Made by a program: the position numbers and the translations under genes
Notes under the pieces: model-generated
What the model saw: the letters and a program-made list of their open reading frames with translations, nothing else
Database searches by the model: none
What the model was told of the DNA's origin: nothing
Source: Octopus bimaculoides
Lineage: Eukaryota
Length of the DNA: 33,263 nucleotides
Reading direction: 5' to 3'
Assembly (NCBI RefSeq): GCF_001194135.2
Contig: NC_068994.1
Span: 30,819,378 to 30,852,640 of the forward strand
In this document: piece by piece, positions 33,142 through 33,263 of the stretch
How positions within the stretch are numbered: position 1 is the first letter of the stretch
How the letters are laid out: each line of letters starts with the position of its first letter

Positions 33142-33193
33142 ACTGAGAATAGTTAAAATATTTTGTTGCCTAAATATTTTAACTATTCTCAGT
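33142..33193. other. Perfect 22-bp hairpin with 8-nt loop
   Basis: actgagaatagttaaaatattt (33142-33163), loop tgttgcct, aaatattttaactattctcagt (33172-33193). It extends imperfectly to 33135-33200. Confidence 0.95.
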
Positions 33194-33263
33194 GCATTTT
33201 CAGCTTCTATTCTCTCTCTCTCTCTCTCTCTCTCTTAATATATATACATATATGTATATACAA

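Overview
Eukaryotic, AT-rich, gapped draft-assembly sequence with 11 N-gaps and dense (CA)n/(TA)n/(GA)n microsatellites. The tRNA-derived SINE families look like those I recall from Octopus (coleoid cephalopod); this is an inference, not database-verified. I recognise no intact host gene or exon, so the window looks like a large intron or intergenic transposon graveyard. Supported elements: a deleted Buster-type hAT with an intact right end; a Helitron with both termini carrying a Pif1-helicase fragment; three mariner remnants; a piggyBac left end with transposase 5' part; a Ty3/gypsy 5'LTR-PBS-gag inserted inside a Penelope-like element (PLE) and then fused to it by a deletion; a second, Neptune-like PLE fragment; an RTE LINE tail; and many SINEs. 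Most interesting unexplained signals: (i) four hammerhead-ribozyme-shaped motifs sharing one architecture, three of them in a short ~200-bp element (two copies share both ends, the third is a diverged relative) and one with an intact catalytic core downstream of the PLE ORF; (ii) long fold-back sequences (a 58-bp near-perfect inverted repeat, a 22-bp perfect hairpin, a 142-bp imperfect fold-back); (iii) three TGATGCAAT (ATF4/C/EBP-type) motifs upstream of the piggyBac transposase. The long ORFs in the supplied track are artefacts of N-gaps and microsatellites.
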